A stretch of 64,000 nucleotides of DNA from Octopus vulgaris (taxonomy: Eukaryota), in assembly GCA_951406725.2 (NCBI GenBank), contig OX597817.1, forward strand, positions 33,356,001 to 33,420,000. The letters run 5' to 3'. Each line of letters opens with the position of its first letter. The stretch's first letter is position 1. The translations under genes were made by a program, and so were the position numbers. This document shows, piece after piece, positions 1-13,435 of the stretch. The notes beneath the pieces are model-generated. The model had not been told where the DNA came from and did not search any database. It saw only the letters and a program-made list of their open reading frames with translations.

Positions 1-85
1 AAATGTATGAGAGAAAGGAACAGAACAGGTTTCTTGCCGAACTCTGTAAAAAAGAGCCATCATTTAATTTGTTTGGAATTTTCTT

Positions 86-315
86 ATTTCTTTATTGCCC
101 ACAAGGGGCTAAACATAGAGGGGACAAACAAGGACAGACAAACAGGTTAGGTCGATTACATCGACCCCAGTGTGTAACTTGTACTTAATTTATCGACCCC
201 GAAAGGATGAAAGGCAAAGTTCACCTCGGCGGAATTTGAACTCAGAACGTAACAGCAGACAAAATACCGCTGAGCATTTCACCCGGTGTGCTAATGTTTC
301 TGCCAGCTCGACGCC
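86..315 (-). mobile_element. tRNA-derived SINE with target-site duplication
   Basis: Flanked by the direct repeat TTTGTTTGGAATTTTCTT (68-85 and 316-333). B-box-like GAGTTCAAATTCC on the minus strand. Same family as 61521-61757 (+). Confidence 0.85.
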
Positions 316-1831
316 TTTGTTTGGAATTTTCTTTTAAAATCCTAGAAATTTAAGATGTAACCAGTGACTTTGTGATTTGTTAGAAACTTGACCAGGAATG
401 AGTAATAATGTGTGTAATGGGTGTGAGTGTTTATTTTAAGGAATGGCAGCACCCTTGCAAGTTCTAGCAGATGGTGAATGATCAGCTTCTGCAGATTGCT
501 GCTGACAGAGAGGATTCTTAGAATATTAGTCCTCAGTTGAAAAAGTTGAGTAAAATGTTTGTATAGAATTTGGTGGGCAAGATAAGTGGGTGGATGTATA
601 GTTATGCATTGGGATATGCAGCCTGCTGGTTATAAGAAACAGAAGCTGCTATAATAAATGGAGAAGAAGAATTTACAGAAAGAATAACACTCCTACAGGT
701 TAGTAGCTGAAGTGTGTTGGTGAGCTGAATATACTTTATATAAGGATACCTTTAGGATTGCTTAGTCTGTGGCTTGAAGACCATCCTTTATACAGGTCAT
801 AAACAAATGAGGCTTACACTTGAATTTTCTGGTCTAAAAGTATTTCAGATGCAGTAATAATGAATATAGTGTTACTGTGAGCCTTGATTAATATTGCAGC
901 AACTGATTAAGTAGTGGATTGGCAGAATTACTAGAGTTGGATAAAATGATAACTGATAGTATTTGTTCCAGCTCTTTAGATTCTGAGTTCAAATCCTGCT
1001 GAAGTTACCTTTGCCTTTCATCCTCTGGGTTCAATAAAATAAATGCCTATCAGATACTGGCAGATGTGTGTGTATGTGTGGGGTCACTGATATCAACTAA
1101 CCCTCTCTCCTCAAAACTCTTTTGTCTGATTTAGGAACAATTATTTATAATAGTTATTGTCAGAGACACTTTTCAGTAAGCTTTTATGAAGGGGTTTGCT
1201 CTCCTCACCCTTATCTCTGTCAACAGCAGTCTGTTGACAGAGCTTGCAAGAGTACTGCCACAAGTTTACTCAGCATTCTAGAGGGTCCTACATTCTCCAC
1301 CCTCACTGAGTTAGTCTTTCTTTCTTTGTTTCTAATTGTTGAAGTTCTGAAATTTCGTAACTTTTGTGCCAAAAGCATTTTAAGATTTTTCATTTCTTTC
1401 CACACAAAATTTGAGTTTCAGTGGGATATTATAAGGCGGTGAAATATAACAAAAGAATGAAGATATACAGTGATTATAACTAAAGGTTCATTCTTCATTT
1501 GACTTGTAATGGAACATATAACCAGTGGTATACTAGTTAAAATAAAGCTCATATTTTAGTTGGTTTCCCTCAAGTATTGAAATAAGTACTAGTGGTATAT
1601 ACTAGTTAAACAGATCAGGAACAGAAATTATTGTGACCCATATTTTTGGAGAGAAGTTAATAAAAAGAAATTTTAAATAGGGTCACATGAAATTTTGGAG
1701 TGTTTAATTTCTTTCCAGCTTGTTCTAGTTTACTAGAAGAAAAAATAGGTGTAAGACCTGATGTTCTTGGGCAAATCTGGAAAAGCAAGGTAACTTTAGG
1801 AAAAAGGATGCATAAAAGTCTTCATTTAACG

Positions 1832-1963
1832 CAACATTTCTCAACTGGAGTTCTCTGGAATCCTAGGGGTCCACAAAAGGTTCCTAGGGGTTATGTGAGA
1901 GTGTGAGATATGCTCATTTCATGACTGTGATATTACTATACATGCACAACATATTGGTTATTG

Positions 1964-2035
<72 letters not shown>

Positions 2036-2432
2036 TTTTTTTTGCCTTTAACCCTCTAACGTGGAGTATAGGCCACTTATAGTTGAATTCCATGTCGCAT
2101 AATTTTTGGCTTCTGTATTTATACTCTGCCATGAATGTCCCCCTTCCTCTATTTCCTTTTGTGTTGATCTCCACCACGAGTTCTTAGGCCTACCTCTCCT
2201 TCTATATCCATCAGGTTTCCACTATAAAGCACTTTTTGCTACATTAGGTGTGTCTTTTCTAATTGTGCTACCAAATCCACTTCCACTTTTTCTTAAATAT
2301 TTGCTCCTTAATCAAAACTATGATGAAAAAAAATGAGAAAGATACGCTATATAATTTTTTTGTTCAGGGGTTCCTTGAGGCATGTAATTTATTTTAAGGG
2401 TTATGCAAGGCTAAAAAGGTTGTAAAACACTG
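1832..2432. mobile_element. Non-autonomous hAT-type DNA transposon with nested (TA)n and LINE-like fragment
   Basis: Degenerate termini CAACATTTCTCAAC...GTTGTAAAACACTG. 8-bp TSD ATTTAACG (1824-1831) / ATTTAATG (2433-2440); 8-bp TSDs are typical of hAT. Confidence 0.6.
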
Positions 2433-3705
2433 ATTTAATGTAATATATTGGTGGGACTTTTAACTGAAGTTTTTTTACTGTCTTATAAGTTCCACCCACT
2501 GACTGAAATATTTTTACTAGAATGATTCATTTGCATGGTTGGATTGGCTTCTAGTTTATAGACAACTTGTAAACTGGATTTACTAGTTTCAGTCATCTCA
2601 TGAACAGGTATCAAGAATTTAAAGAAGAAAAAAAATATTGAGTAGGTGACAACTAAAGTCATTTACCTTTATACAAGTCTATTAAATTGTTCTGTCTTAA
2701 ATATAGGCAACAGTTTGTGTTTCTTATACAAATGATTTCCCACACGTTTTTTGATTAATAACCCTATTCATTTCTGACCTACTTTGACTGGATTTTATTA
2801 AAAATGCAATTATTTTATTACTGGTATTTTATTTCTGCCTCCCACACACAATGATTTGTTTGATGCTCTTGCTCTGGTATCTTGAAACTGGGTGTGACTG
2901 AAAAGTATAAAGAAAAAATCAACTTCAACTGCAATTTATAAAATAATCATGTGTTTAGATACGTTAATAAACAGTACAGAAAAGACAAAATGTTAGACTG
3001 ATATGTAATATCTAATGACTTGTCTTTACTCTGCCAGTTATTTCTGTTGTTAAAAGGAATAGTTATGTCTTATAACTGTGTAGGGACTTCATAAAACGTA
3101 AGTGCATAGATGTTTTGGATGGAGGTTTGTAAAATTAATGCAGTGGACTATTGAATTTGAAATCATTCTGATTTCAAATTCCTTCCTCTGCCCCTTAGTA
3201 TTTGAGAAAGATTTTGGTTGCTATTTCTAGTGGGCCAAATGACCATGTGGAGGCTCCTTCATTGTGATAAGTTTGGTGATCTCACCAATATATATATATT
3301 GATGAGATTAGCTATGACTCTCACAATGCCTAGTTTAATTACCCATTAGTCTTAATTTTCCTTTAATAAACTATCGTTATTTTTAGGTCTGCTTTTATAT
3401 ATTTTCATGGGTCACACATAATTCAATGAAGCAGGGTTTTTTTACAGCTAGATACCTTACTGTTGCCAACCTTCATCAGTTTCAAAGCAAAGGGATATTT
3501 CCTTATAGATGGAGACATTGTCATGGAAGACTGGAAACAAGATGAAGAGATACATAAACACATGCACTCATACAACACACACACTGAGCTTCTTTCAGTT
3601 TCCATCTATTGAATCTTCTTAAAAGACTTTGGTTGATCCAGGTCTATAATGGAAGACACTTGCTCAAGGTGCCACTCAGTGAGACTGAACTTATAACCAT
3701 GTTTA

Positions 3706-3868
3706 TAGGTGCAGGAGTGGCTTTGCGGTAAGTAGCTTGCTTACCAACCACATGGTTCCGGGTTCAGTCCCACTGCGTGGCACTTGGGCAAGTGTCTTCT
3801 ACTATAGCCTCGGGCCGACCAAAGCCTTGTGAGTGGATTTGGTAGATGGAAATTGAAAGAAGCCTGTC

Positions 3869-3908
<40 letters not shown>

Positions 3909-4390
3909 GTGTGTGTGATTGTGTATAGAAGAATATATTAATAAAAGAATTCCAACCTTGTCTGATTTTCACGTTTTATTTACAATCTTATAATGATATA
4001 TTATAAGATAATATATTATAATTGAATAAAATAAAGTGAAATAGTAGAATGTTAAATATTCATTCTGATTGAACTAGTACTTTCATGCATTGAATTCTGC
4101 AATCTTCGGGTTCGTGTAGTAGTGTTGACAGTCATGCTTCACAATTTTTGACTGTATATATATATATATATACATACATACATATGTGTGTGTTTGTCTG
4201 TGTTTGTCCCCCAACATCGCTTGACAACCAATGCTGGTGTGTTTACATCCCCATAACTTAGCGGTTCGGCAAAAGAGACCGATAGAATAAGTACTAGGCT
4301 TACAAAGAATTAGTCCTGGGGCCGATTTGCTCGATTAAAAGCGGTACTCCAGCATGGCCACAGTCAAATGACTGAAATAAGTAAAAGTGT
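3706..4390 (+). mobile_element. SINE (abundant family) with central (TA)n carrying a Penelope-like insert
   Basis: Head GGTGCAGGAGTGGCT...GGTTCAGTCCC and tail GACTGAAATAAGTAAAAG. Homologous to copies at 5191, 18716, 23596, 30868 and 53348. Confidence 0.85.
4071..4113 (-). ncRNA. Minimal type-I hammerhead ribozyme-like motif (variant core)
   Basis: Minus strand reads GAAC-CCGAAGA-T-TGCA-GAATTCAA-TGCA-T-GAAA-GTAC-TA-GTTC. Stem I GAAC/GTTC, stem II TGCA/TGCA, palindromic stem III AGTACT. Core U4 is replaced by C. Confidence 0.55.
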
Positions 4391-5190
4391 AAGTGGTTGG
4401 GAAGTGACCTTCTAAGCCACAGAACCAAGCTTGCAACTGAATGTAATTTTTAAAACGAAAAAAAAAACCATTCATATTATCACAATATTTTCTGAATAAA
4501 TATCAAAACTTTTTTTTAAAATAGAGGATTATAATCAAAATAACACCTACACACTATTTAAACCTGAGTTTACTGTACATTTTGGTTTTAAAAAAAATAC
4601 CAACTGAGAAATATCTAAATTGTGAACACAAATTTTACTCTGTCAAAATCTCTACAAAGTTTGATAAAGTCCTTGTTTTCACTGACAAATGAGAACTATT
4701 TACTTTGTGGTTTTATTTACACAATAGATGATTAGCTGCATGAACCTCTCAATACAATTAATTTCACTTAATGAAAGATTGGATAGCAAAAAAAAAAAAG
4801 CAAATACTAATGATCAGCAACAGACTCACCTACTGCGAAGTCAAGAATATATAAAATTACAGGCATTATATTCTTTGATGGCTATTACCACTTGTCTATC
4901 GTGTTTGTTGCTCTTCTTTTTGTTAACTTGGATTACAAAGCTATAGTTACTCACCATATACCTGACTCTGGCAACATATAAAGTACTTAAAAGGTTTAAT
5001 GATTTGAGAATTTGTATGTGTTTTATTTATTATTATTATCATCATCATTATTATTATTATTATAAATTTAAGTATCAGATTTATTTACTTTTCTCACAGA
5101 GAAACACCTACCTCCTTTAGTCATTGTATTTTTACAGAAACCTAAGGGAACAAAACTGTTTAGTTTCATCAAAATCAAGGCTGTACTTTC

Positions 5191-5595
5191 TTACTCTCTT
5201 TTACTCCTTTACTTGTTTCAGTCATTTGACTGTGGTCATGCTGGAGCACTGCCTTCAGTCAAACAAATTGACTCCAGGACTTATTCTTTACAAGCCTAGT
5301 ACTTATTCTATTGGTCTCTTTTGCCGAACCGCTAAGTTAGGGGGACGTAAGCACACCAGCATCGGTTGTCAAGCGATGTTGGGGGGACAAACACATACAC
5401 ACACACACATATATATATATACATATATACGATGGGTTTCTTTCAGTTTCCATCTACCAAATCCACTCACAAGGCTTTGGTCGACCTGAGGCTATAGTAG
5501 AAGACACTTGCCCAAGGTGCCACACAGTGGGACTGAGCTCGGAACTTTGTGGTTTGTAAGCAAGCTACTTACCACACAGCCACTCCTATGCTTGT
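5191..5595 (-). mobile_element. SINE, full length
   Basis: Reverse-complement homology to 3706-4390 and direct homology to 23596-24028. Confidence 0.85.
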
Positions 5596-5822
5596 TATAG
5601 TTTGTGTATTTACTTATTTAGCTAATTGCTATTAAATAGGAATATTTTCTAAGAACTTGCCAACAGTTGAAATAAAATCTGATGCTTTACCTTTTATCTT
5701 AAAATGTTCATAGCCATTTTTTTTTTAAAGGTTATGCACAGCTATTTTGCTATTAGGTGGCTCATATTCCGTTTTCATATTATTTATAGCTCATATTATT
5801 TTCTATTTAATTTTATAGACAA

Positions 5823-6581
5823 CTAGCAGTATCGCCCGGCGTTGCTCAGGTTTGTAAGGGAAATAACTATAAAGCATTTTTAGAGAGTTATAGCCAAAAA
5901 ATAGAAAAAAAAATGATGGTAAATTTTTTTTGAGAGTTAAAACAGGTGGAGTTGCGTCCCCTAGACGGTCTGTGGTTTGGGTTTCTCATTCTCGACCCCA
6001 TGTCGAATTTATCGATTTTTTTCAGAACTGGGGAACTTTTCAAAATTTTCGCTGCGTTAGTTTTGAATTATGACATTGGGCTATGTGTGTGTCAAGTTTC
6101 ATCAGAATCGGTTGAAAGCCGTGGTCAGAGTGAGGGTACGAGAAAATAGACACACAGAAACACGCACAGACAAACTGCCGTTTATATAGAGAGAGATAGC
6201 AGTATCGCCCGGCGTTGCTCAGGTTTGTAAGGGAAATAACTATAAAGCATTTTTAGAGAGTTATAGCCAAAAAATAGCAAAAAAATGGAAAAAAAAATGA
6301 TGGTAAATTTTTTTGAGAGTTAAAACAGGTGGAGTTGCGTCCCCTAGACGGTCTGTGGTTTGGGTTTCTCATTCTCGACCCCATGTCGAATTTATCGATT
6401 TTTTTTCAGAACTGGGGGAACTTTTCAAAATTTTCGCTGCGTTAGTTTTGAATTATGACATTGGGCTATGTGTGTGTCAAGTTTCATCAGAATCGGTTGA
6501 AAGCCGTGGTCAGAGTGAGGGTACGAGAAAACAGACACACAGAAACACGCACAGACAAACTGCCGTTTATATAGAGAGAGA
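5823..6581 (-). mobile_element. Non-autonomous Helitron-like element, head-to-tail dimer (5823-6196, 6197-6581)
   Basis: Minus strand starts TC and ends CTAG, with a GC-rich subterminal hairpin (CCTGAGCAACGCCGGG). Inserted between A (5822) and T (6582) with no TSD. Two near-identical ~375-385 bp units. Confidence 0.75.
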
Positions 6582-6614
6582 TTTCACTTTAATTTATTTA
6601 TTTTATTATTATTA

Positions 6615-7395
6615 TGTTTGACTTTTGTATTTGTACAAGTTGGCTCCAAGTCTCACTCAGAGACCTCAAGAGACAACAAATTAGAAGTTCATGTTGGTGT
6701 TATAACTAGGATGTCATATATTTGGTTTTGCACATAGTATTGTTCTAGAGAATATTTAAGAAAACAAGAAAATTATGAGTTAGTTTTAAAATTTGAGATT
6801 ACATAGACAATATTTTACTTAGGATATAGGCAGTTTCCATGAGTACTATCTTTTGAATTTCTGCCATTTTGGGGTTTCCTGGTATATGAGCTAGGTAGCA
6901 ATCAGCCCCTTTTGCTATCATTCCAAGGGCACCTATGACAACAGGTATTTTTTTAGTCTTGAGGTTCCACATTTTGTCAATTTCTATTTCAAGATCTTTA
7001 TACTTGCTCAGTTTTTGCTAGGTCTTGACAGATACTTTTATCTTGATATCAATGAGGAGGCATGATTTTTGTCTGAAGTCTTTCAATATAATGTCTGGCC
7101 TATTTGCATTTATCTTTCTGTCAATTTGAATTGTGAAGTTCCAGAGGAGTGAGATGTGATCGTTTTCAAGCACTGGAGGTAGTTTGTGTTCCCACCGGTT
7201 TTTATCATGGGGTGGATCTGGGTATTTGCAAATTACCCAGTGAATACATTGTGCTGCTCTATCATGCCTGTAGAGATACTCTGTAGACGCAAGAAGACTA
7301 CACATGAAGACAACATGATCAATGGTTTCATTTTGTTGTTGACATACACGTGTTGGGCTATTGTTGTTCTTTAATACATTGGTCTGGTGGTTTAC
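6615..7395 (-). mobile_element. 5'-truncated RLE-type LINE (R4/Dong-like) 3' end, decayed
   Basis: Translates to a degenerate zinc knuckle (RVCQQQNETIDHVVFMC), an RHD motif and NRPDIILKD...CLLID (PD..D restriction-like endonuclease). Flanked by (TTA)n on both sides. Confidence 0.8.
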
Positions 7396-7829
7396 TATTA
7401 TTATTATTATCATTATTATTATTGTTGTTATTGTTGTGTGCTGGCAGAATTGTTAGCATGCCAGATAAAATGCTAAGCAACATTTCTTCTGAGTTCGAAT
7501 GCTGCTGAAGTCAACTTTGCTGTTCAACCTTCCAGAGTTGATAAAATAAATACCAATCAAGAACTGGTGGGTCATTGTAATTGACTTACCCCTCCTCTCA
7601 AGGTTGTTGGCCTTATGCCAAAAATTAGAATCATTATTGTTGTTGTTTGCCTTCTGCTTAAATCAAAAATCATTAATTGTTGTTAGGCATTAAATTAGCA
7701 AAATTGTTTTCCTCATTGTAAAAATGATATAGTGCTCATGGTGGCTTTGGTGGGAATAAAGTTGGAGTTTCTCGAGATGATCCCAATAATCAAGACCGTG
7801 TCTAATCTTTTTATGATTGATTTTTGGGG

Positions 7830-8680
7830 TTCTTCAATTTTTATAATATCTTGTTTTGTGTAGGGAGACTTCAGTGGACAACGATATTCAAGGTGAGGAC
7901 AGGTGAAGTTGGAGAAGAGAAAAATAATGGTAGGAGCATCTCTAAACTGAAAAGTCCTAAGGATCCAGAAGCATGCCCTGTGGGCTTTATTGATTTTGTT
8001 ATTTATATGGGCACTCTAGTTTAAATTGTTGTCAACAATTACTCTGAGGTCCCTAGTGGTGTTTGATGCCATAAGGTTTTTGCCCGAGAGTAGAGTGAAT
8101 GACAGCATAATTGCAGCCTCTTTACCAAAGTGGATTAATTCAAATTTATTCTTATTTAGCTGCATATTGTGTTTTACCACCAATCAAATAACAGCAAGTA
8201 TATCTGATTGAAGATTAGTCCAGTCTCCAGCCCTGTCAACTACTTTCAGAAACTTAGTCATCTGCAGAAATACTTATACTGCTGTCTTTAATGATGACTC
8301 TTGCTGATCTTGATTAAACACCATGTATCACCACATGCTGGGTTCTGTTCCCCATAAACATTCAATCCGCTTTAACAGTTTCCCTTGGACTCCACTATCC
8401 AATAGTTTCTTTAATAGAATGTTGTAGTCAGTCTAGATAGATGACATCCGTATTGGAACCCTCTACCAGAGCCTTTAGGATGTCATCAAAGTGATGCAGA
8501 AGCTGTGTTAGACAGTCCCTACCATTGCAGTAACCATGTTGGTTGGGAATAAGTAGGCCATTACTTTTCAGAAAGTGACTTACTCAAAACCTCACCACTC
8601 TCTCAAATAATTTGACAATATAAGAGGTAAGTGGGATCAGTTGACAAGTCACTGCCTGCAATTTGTTGCATCTTTTGAAA
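7830..8680 (-). pseudogene. Decayed reverse transcriptase fragment of a CR1/L2-like LINE
   Basis: Minus-strand fragments PLTSYIVKLFERVV, NQHGYCNGRDCLTQLLHHFDDILKAL and DVIYLD. Multiple frameshifts. Boundaries approximate. Confidence 0.7.
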
Positions 8681-9609
8681 ATTGGGACAATCAATTGGGA
8701 GAGGAAATATCTATGTATATATGCTATAGAGTATAGTTGGTTAATTGCTTTCTTATGTGTGAATATCATTACAGCAATCTGTGCAATTATTATAAACTCG
8801 CAAGAATTATTTCTTAGTGCATTATTTAATCAGTGGCAAAAGTGGCTAATTTAATATCGTATCAGAAGATTACCGATTATTGTATCACAAGTTCACACCA
8901 TGATGTAAATAACTATTACATTGCACTTTTAGCTAAAACATTTAATTGTGGTCTCTTTAGTCTATGAAGATAACTTTATGATAGAAAAGTCTAGCAATAA
9001 AAAAACAAAGTAACTTCATATAGGAAGATGTACTTATTTTCTTATGCTATAAAATAACCAGTTCTACAGGTGTTACATCTTACTTGCCACAAGCCTTGGT
9101 CATTGGAGCTATATATTGATATAACTTAGGAGAATATAAACCTAACCTGGCACATGTAATATTGTAAATAGTTTGTTGGATATTTTTGTAAGATATTGCA
9201 TGCTGTTGAAATATTTAGCAATTCGGTGCTTTCTACTTCCATCTATATAACTTTTTTCTATCTGCTTATCTCTCTCTTTCACTTCTCTCACCTTCTACTA
9301 ACTGATATTTTGACAGAAATAAATTGCATCTAGGTGAATAAAGGATAATTTTTTTTTATGCTTTCATATGAATATGAAAGCTTTATTGGGGAGAATTGAG
9401 CAAGACTGAGATGGGTAATGTTATTTGAAAGAATTACATAAGTTTAGCTGTTTGGTTAAGAAGTTCACTGGTTTAGTCCACCTGCACAATGCCATGTATC
9501 TTAGGCAAGTACCTTCACCTATAGCTTCATGTTGATCAATATCTTTTGAATGGAATTTGGTATACACAAACTTCAAAAAGTTTGCTGTATGTGTGTGTGT
9601 GTATAGTGA

Positions 9610-9662
<53 letters not shown>

Positions 9663-9663
<1 letters not shown>

Positions 9664-9911
9664 TGGGTTGGTGCATAATTATTGCGGCTTTTTTTCAACA
9701 AATTTTATTCAACAAAAGCAATAACAACATGTAACAAAAACATCTTAAATGATTATTCTGGAGCATATTCACCATCTACTTCAATTACTGCTTCCCATTT
9801 GCTTGGCAGACGGTCAGACCATCATTTAAAGATGTTTTTGTCAAATATTGTTAGTTTTTGTTGAATACAATTTGTTGAAAAAAAAGCTGCAATAATTATG
9901 CACCAACCCAA
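9663..9911. mobile_element. Mariner-derived MITE
   Basis: ~55-bp TIRs TTGGGTTGGTGCATAATTATTGC...GCAATAATTATGCACCAACCCAA, adjacent to (TA)n. TA on the left side. Confidence 0.8.
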
Positions 9912-10118
9912 TGTGTATATATATATAAAAATTATAATTTAGAGTATCTAAGAGATACCACCACGCTGGAAATAGCAGCCAAAACTTGACTCTAAAACCA
10001 CATTAAATGTTCACTGCAGTGGTGTGTGTATATCGGTGCCCCAGCATGGTCACAGCTCGTGAGCTGAAACTAGATAAAATAAAAATAAAAAATATCATCA
10101 TTTAACGTCTGCTTTCCA

Positions 10119-10168
<50 letters not shown>

Positions 10169-10366
10169 GTTTGGATTCCTGGATAGGTAACCAGATATTG
10201 ATTGATTTTTGTTATTTCTTCCTCTCTGCCCGTGTGGATTGTTTTCAAGTATTCTGGTTTTTCTGGGAGCCCCTTTTTAAGTAGAAGAAATAGCTAACGG
10301 TTTTTGGCTGCTATTTCTAAGCTTCGGTATGTGGTAAAGCGAATCTTTGCTGAACCCTAATTATTT

Positions 10367-10410
<44 letters not shown>

Positions 10411-11309
10411 TATGCACTCATGTACAAACATTAGAATGTGAAATAGAAGTGTTTACGGAATAGAAATGGGGAGAAAAAAAATAGTTATGACGAGAACAAA
10501 TACTGTACTTATTAATATTGTTATATCAGTGATGCCTGAAAGAAAATGAAATATAAATGAATATCAATTATTTATAAGTGTGGTTCTTTTCCTTCTAATT
10601 TTTCTATGTTGGATAACCTTACATTTGCATTTAGTGTGTTGTTAATGAACACTTAGATAAATTTCATAAGGCTTTGTACTAATTGTATCAAATTCCTCAT
10701 GGAATTCTGTGAGATCATAAAACCAACCCAACCATATAAAGAATTATTTTTAGTAAATGTCACACAAGTTAATCCACCCTTTGATTTCAAGAGCGGCTAT
10801 TTTTGGCACTTTCATGTGAAAGCTGTACAGTTATTCCATCATTATCTAGTTGATCAATAATGCATGTGTAAAATATTTATTGCTGACAACCATTATTTGC
10901 TGAATATTTCTTTGAATTAGGCATCAATCTAGCTAATAAAGTAGCCTACACATAATTGCTTGCCCTACAGAAATAGCAGCCAAATTACATCTTATAATCT
11001 TCAATTATGAAAAGACACATTAAGGGTACGTAAAATTACATTATATAAACTACCTACACTGATTGTTAGCTGTCAGAATACTGTATCCTTCAAAAATTCT
11101 CTTTACCAACTCTACTCCTGATGTACCTATGCACCCTTTCCTCTTTATGGCTCTTCAGCTGTTCACTTTTCTGACTTCCTATGTTTCATCCTGTGTACTG
11201 TACAAGTACTTTTGGCTATTATTGCTGTCTTTCTTTACCTGACTCATTGCTGCTTACTGTCTCTTCTTTTATTCTTTTCCAATGGAATCACAGGTAGATT
11301 AACAGATAC

Positions 11310-12215
11310 AGTCAAGTCAGCTTTGTATATGGCAGATGTGCAGGAACAATAAGCATTAAGAGCATACCGGGCTTAGATTCTCTCAAATGCCCAGGAGGCT
11401 CTCTTGAGGTTGTTGATAGTTTCTGTTTCCTAGGTGACCAAATTAGCAATGGTGGAGGATGCTCTGAAAGTATTGTTTCTAGAATAAGAATTTGGTGGAG
11501 AGTTATTACTTCTGTTGGCAATAAAAGGACTCTCTCTGAGGTAGACTATATGATGCTTGTGTGTGAACAGCTATACTCCATGCTAGTGAGACATCTCTTT
11601 TCTTCCAACCTTTTTTAAAGCCTAGCCAGGCTCATGGGCCTGATTTCCTAGTTTCAATGGCGCTTGTGTTCCCCAGCTGGATTTGACGCCAGTCCATCGC
11701 AGCATTACTCATTTTTGCCAGCTAAGTGGACTGGAGCAGTGTAAAATGAAGTGTTTTGCTCAAGAACAGAACACATCGCCCAGTCCAGGAATCGAAACCA
11801 CAATCTTATGATCATGATGCTGACACCCTAACCACTAAGCCACGTGCCTCCACATAGTGAGACATGGGCTTTGAATATAGAAGACGTGTAGACTGGAGAG
11901 AAATGAAGGTAGTATGTTCTGTTGGATGTGCATGTATGACAAAGTAAAAATGTATTGAGAGAAAAGTTGGGTATGAGAGGATTCAAATGTAGCATGCAAG
12001 AGAGAAGACTACATTGGTTTGGACATGTGATGTGAATGAATGAGGACAACTGCATAAAGAAGTGCCGATCACTGAAAGTAGATGGTACCTATGGAAATGG
12101 GGGACCTGGGAAGATGTGGGATGAAGTGTTAAGGACTGATCTAAGGGTGTTGGGCCTCATGGAAGAAATGACAATGGACTGAGATGTCTGGCAATATGAA
12201 GTTCTTGAGAAGACC
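11310..12215 (+). pseudogene. RTE-like LINE 3' fragment interrupted by a SINE
   Basis: Translates in pieces to SLEVVDSFCFLGDQISNGGGCSESIVSRIR and MQERRLHWFGHV, typical of an RTE C-terminus. Confidence 0.7.
11595..11854 (-). mobile_element. tRNA-derived SINE inserted into the RTE fragment
   Basis: 11-bp TSD TAGTGAGACAT (11584-11594, 11855-11865). A box TGGCTTAGTGG and B box GGTTTCGATTCC on the minus strand. Confidence 0.85.
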
Positions 12216-13258
12216 CGCCCACATCAGCGAGACTGAGTTCTAGAACTGTTGTGTGTCCCACGCACACTTAACAAGAAAACTTCTCACACGCTCTACCACA
12301 AGAAACCAAACTATATCTCTACAGCTCTTCTCTTTCTCACATTTCCACTTCATGTGCTATGCTTACCTCTGACTCCCTAATCCTTTCCTCACAGCCCTGT
12401 ACCTCTGTATCATAGATATCCAGTAGCCCCCTGACTCTATATATACCCAGATTTTTGCCAGTCACTCCCCACCCTCTGCACTTTTTAATCACACTTCCTT
12501 TACAGTATCCTGCCATTTATTTGATTCATCATTTAAAAAATTCATTCTAATTAATTTGATTAAAAATACTCATTAGAAATTCCTAATGTATATTACTAGG
12601 CATATGTTGGCCAGGGTGGTATTATACAGTTGTAGTATTGCCTATTGACTGAAACTTGTTGTGTATTCATATTCAAATGCTGTCCAGTTAATAATACATT
12701 ACTAAATATAACTTGTTTAGGAAGTGCTAATATGAAATGGCTCTGAAAATGGGCAGAAACCTACCACCCTAACTATAAATTATTGCAGCAAAACTCTTTT
12801 CTCTTTTACTAAAACAAGTATACCACAGAGAGTATAAATAATCATTATTTGTAGTAAGGCTGTTTAAATTAGCATTGTTTGGTATTAAAATCCTATTTAC
12901 AGTTCCTACTGTGGTGCCAGCTTTGTAATTTGTTTGGTTTTTAATGTTCTGTTTATGTTGTTATCGATGGCACACCTTAATCAGTATGTATGAGATACTG
13001 AACTCATAAAATAATAATCAGTTTCCATTATACTTTTCTTTCTGTTGAAGCTATAAACTAAATGACAAGCTAATACACTCACTACTTGTTCATATTCATT
13101 GTTCATGGCCGAGGGATGAAGAAACACAATTCATTGCATTTAACTAACTTAACCTATGACAATACTTACTTTCTCTTGACAATAGTTTGCTGGTACACCA
13201 ACTACTTTCTAAATAACATAGCTGCTAAATATGCTATTATATTAATAATATACAAAAG

Positions 13259-13301
<43 letters not shown>

Positions 13302-13397
13302 CAGGAAGCTTTATGAAAATAAACAAAAGACGAAGGCAGGTGTAGTACAAACAAACAATTGTATTAGTATGGCGCTCAGGAATATAAATAAAACAAG

Positions 13398-13435
13398 TCT
13401 TTTACGTTTCGAGCCTACGCTCTTCAACAGAAAGA
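13398..13435 (-). ncRNA. Minimal hammerhead ribozyme-like motif in Penelope-like fragment (~13302-13510)
   Basis: Minus strand reads TCTTT-CTGTTGA-A-GAGC-GTAG-GCTC-GAAA-CG-TA-AAAGA. Stem I and stem II are perfect; core A6 is replaced by T. Confidence 0.6.
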
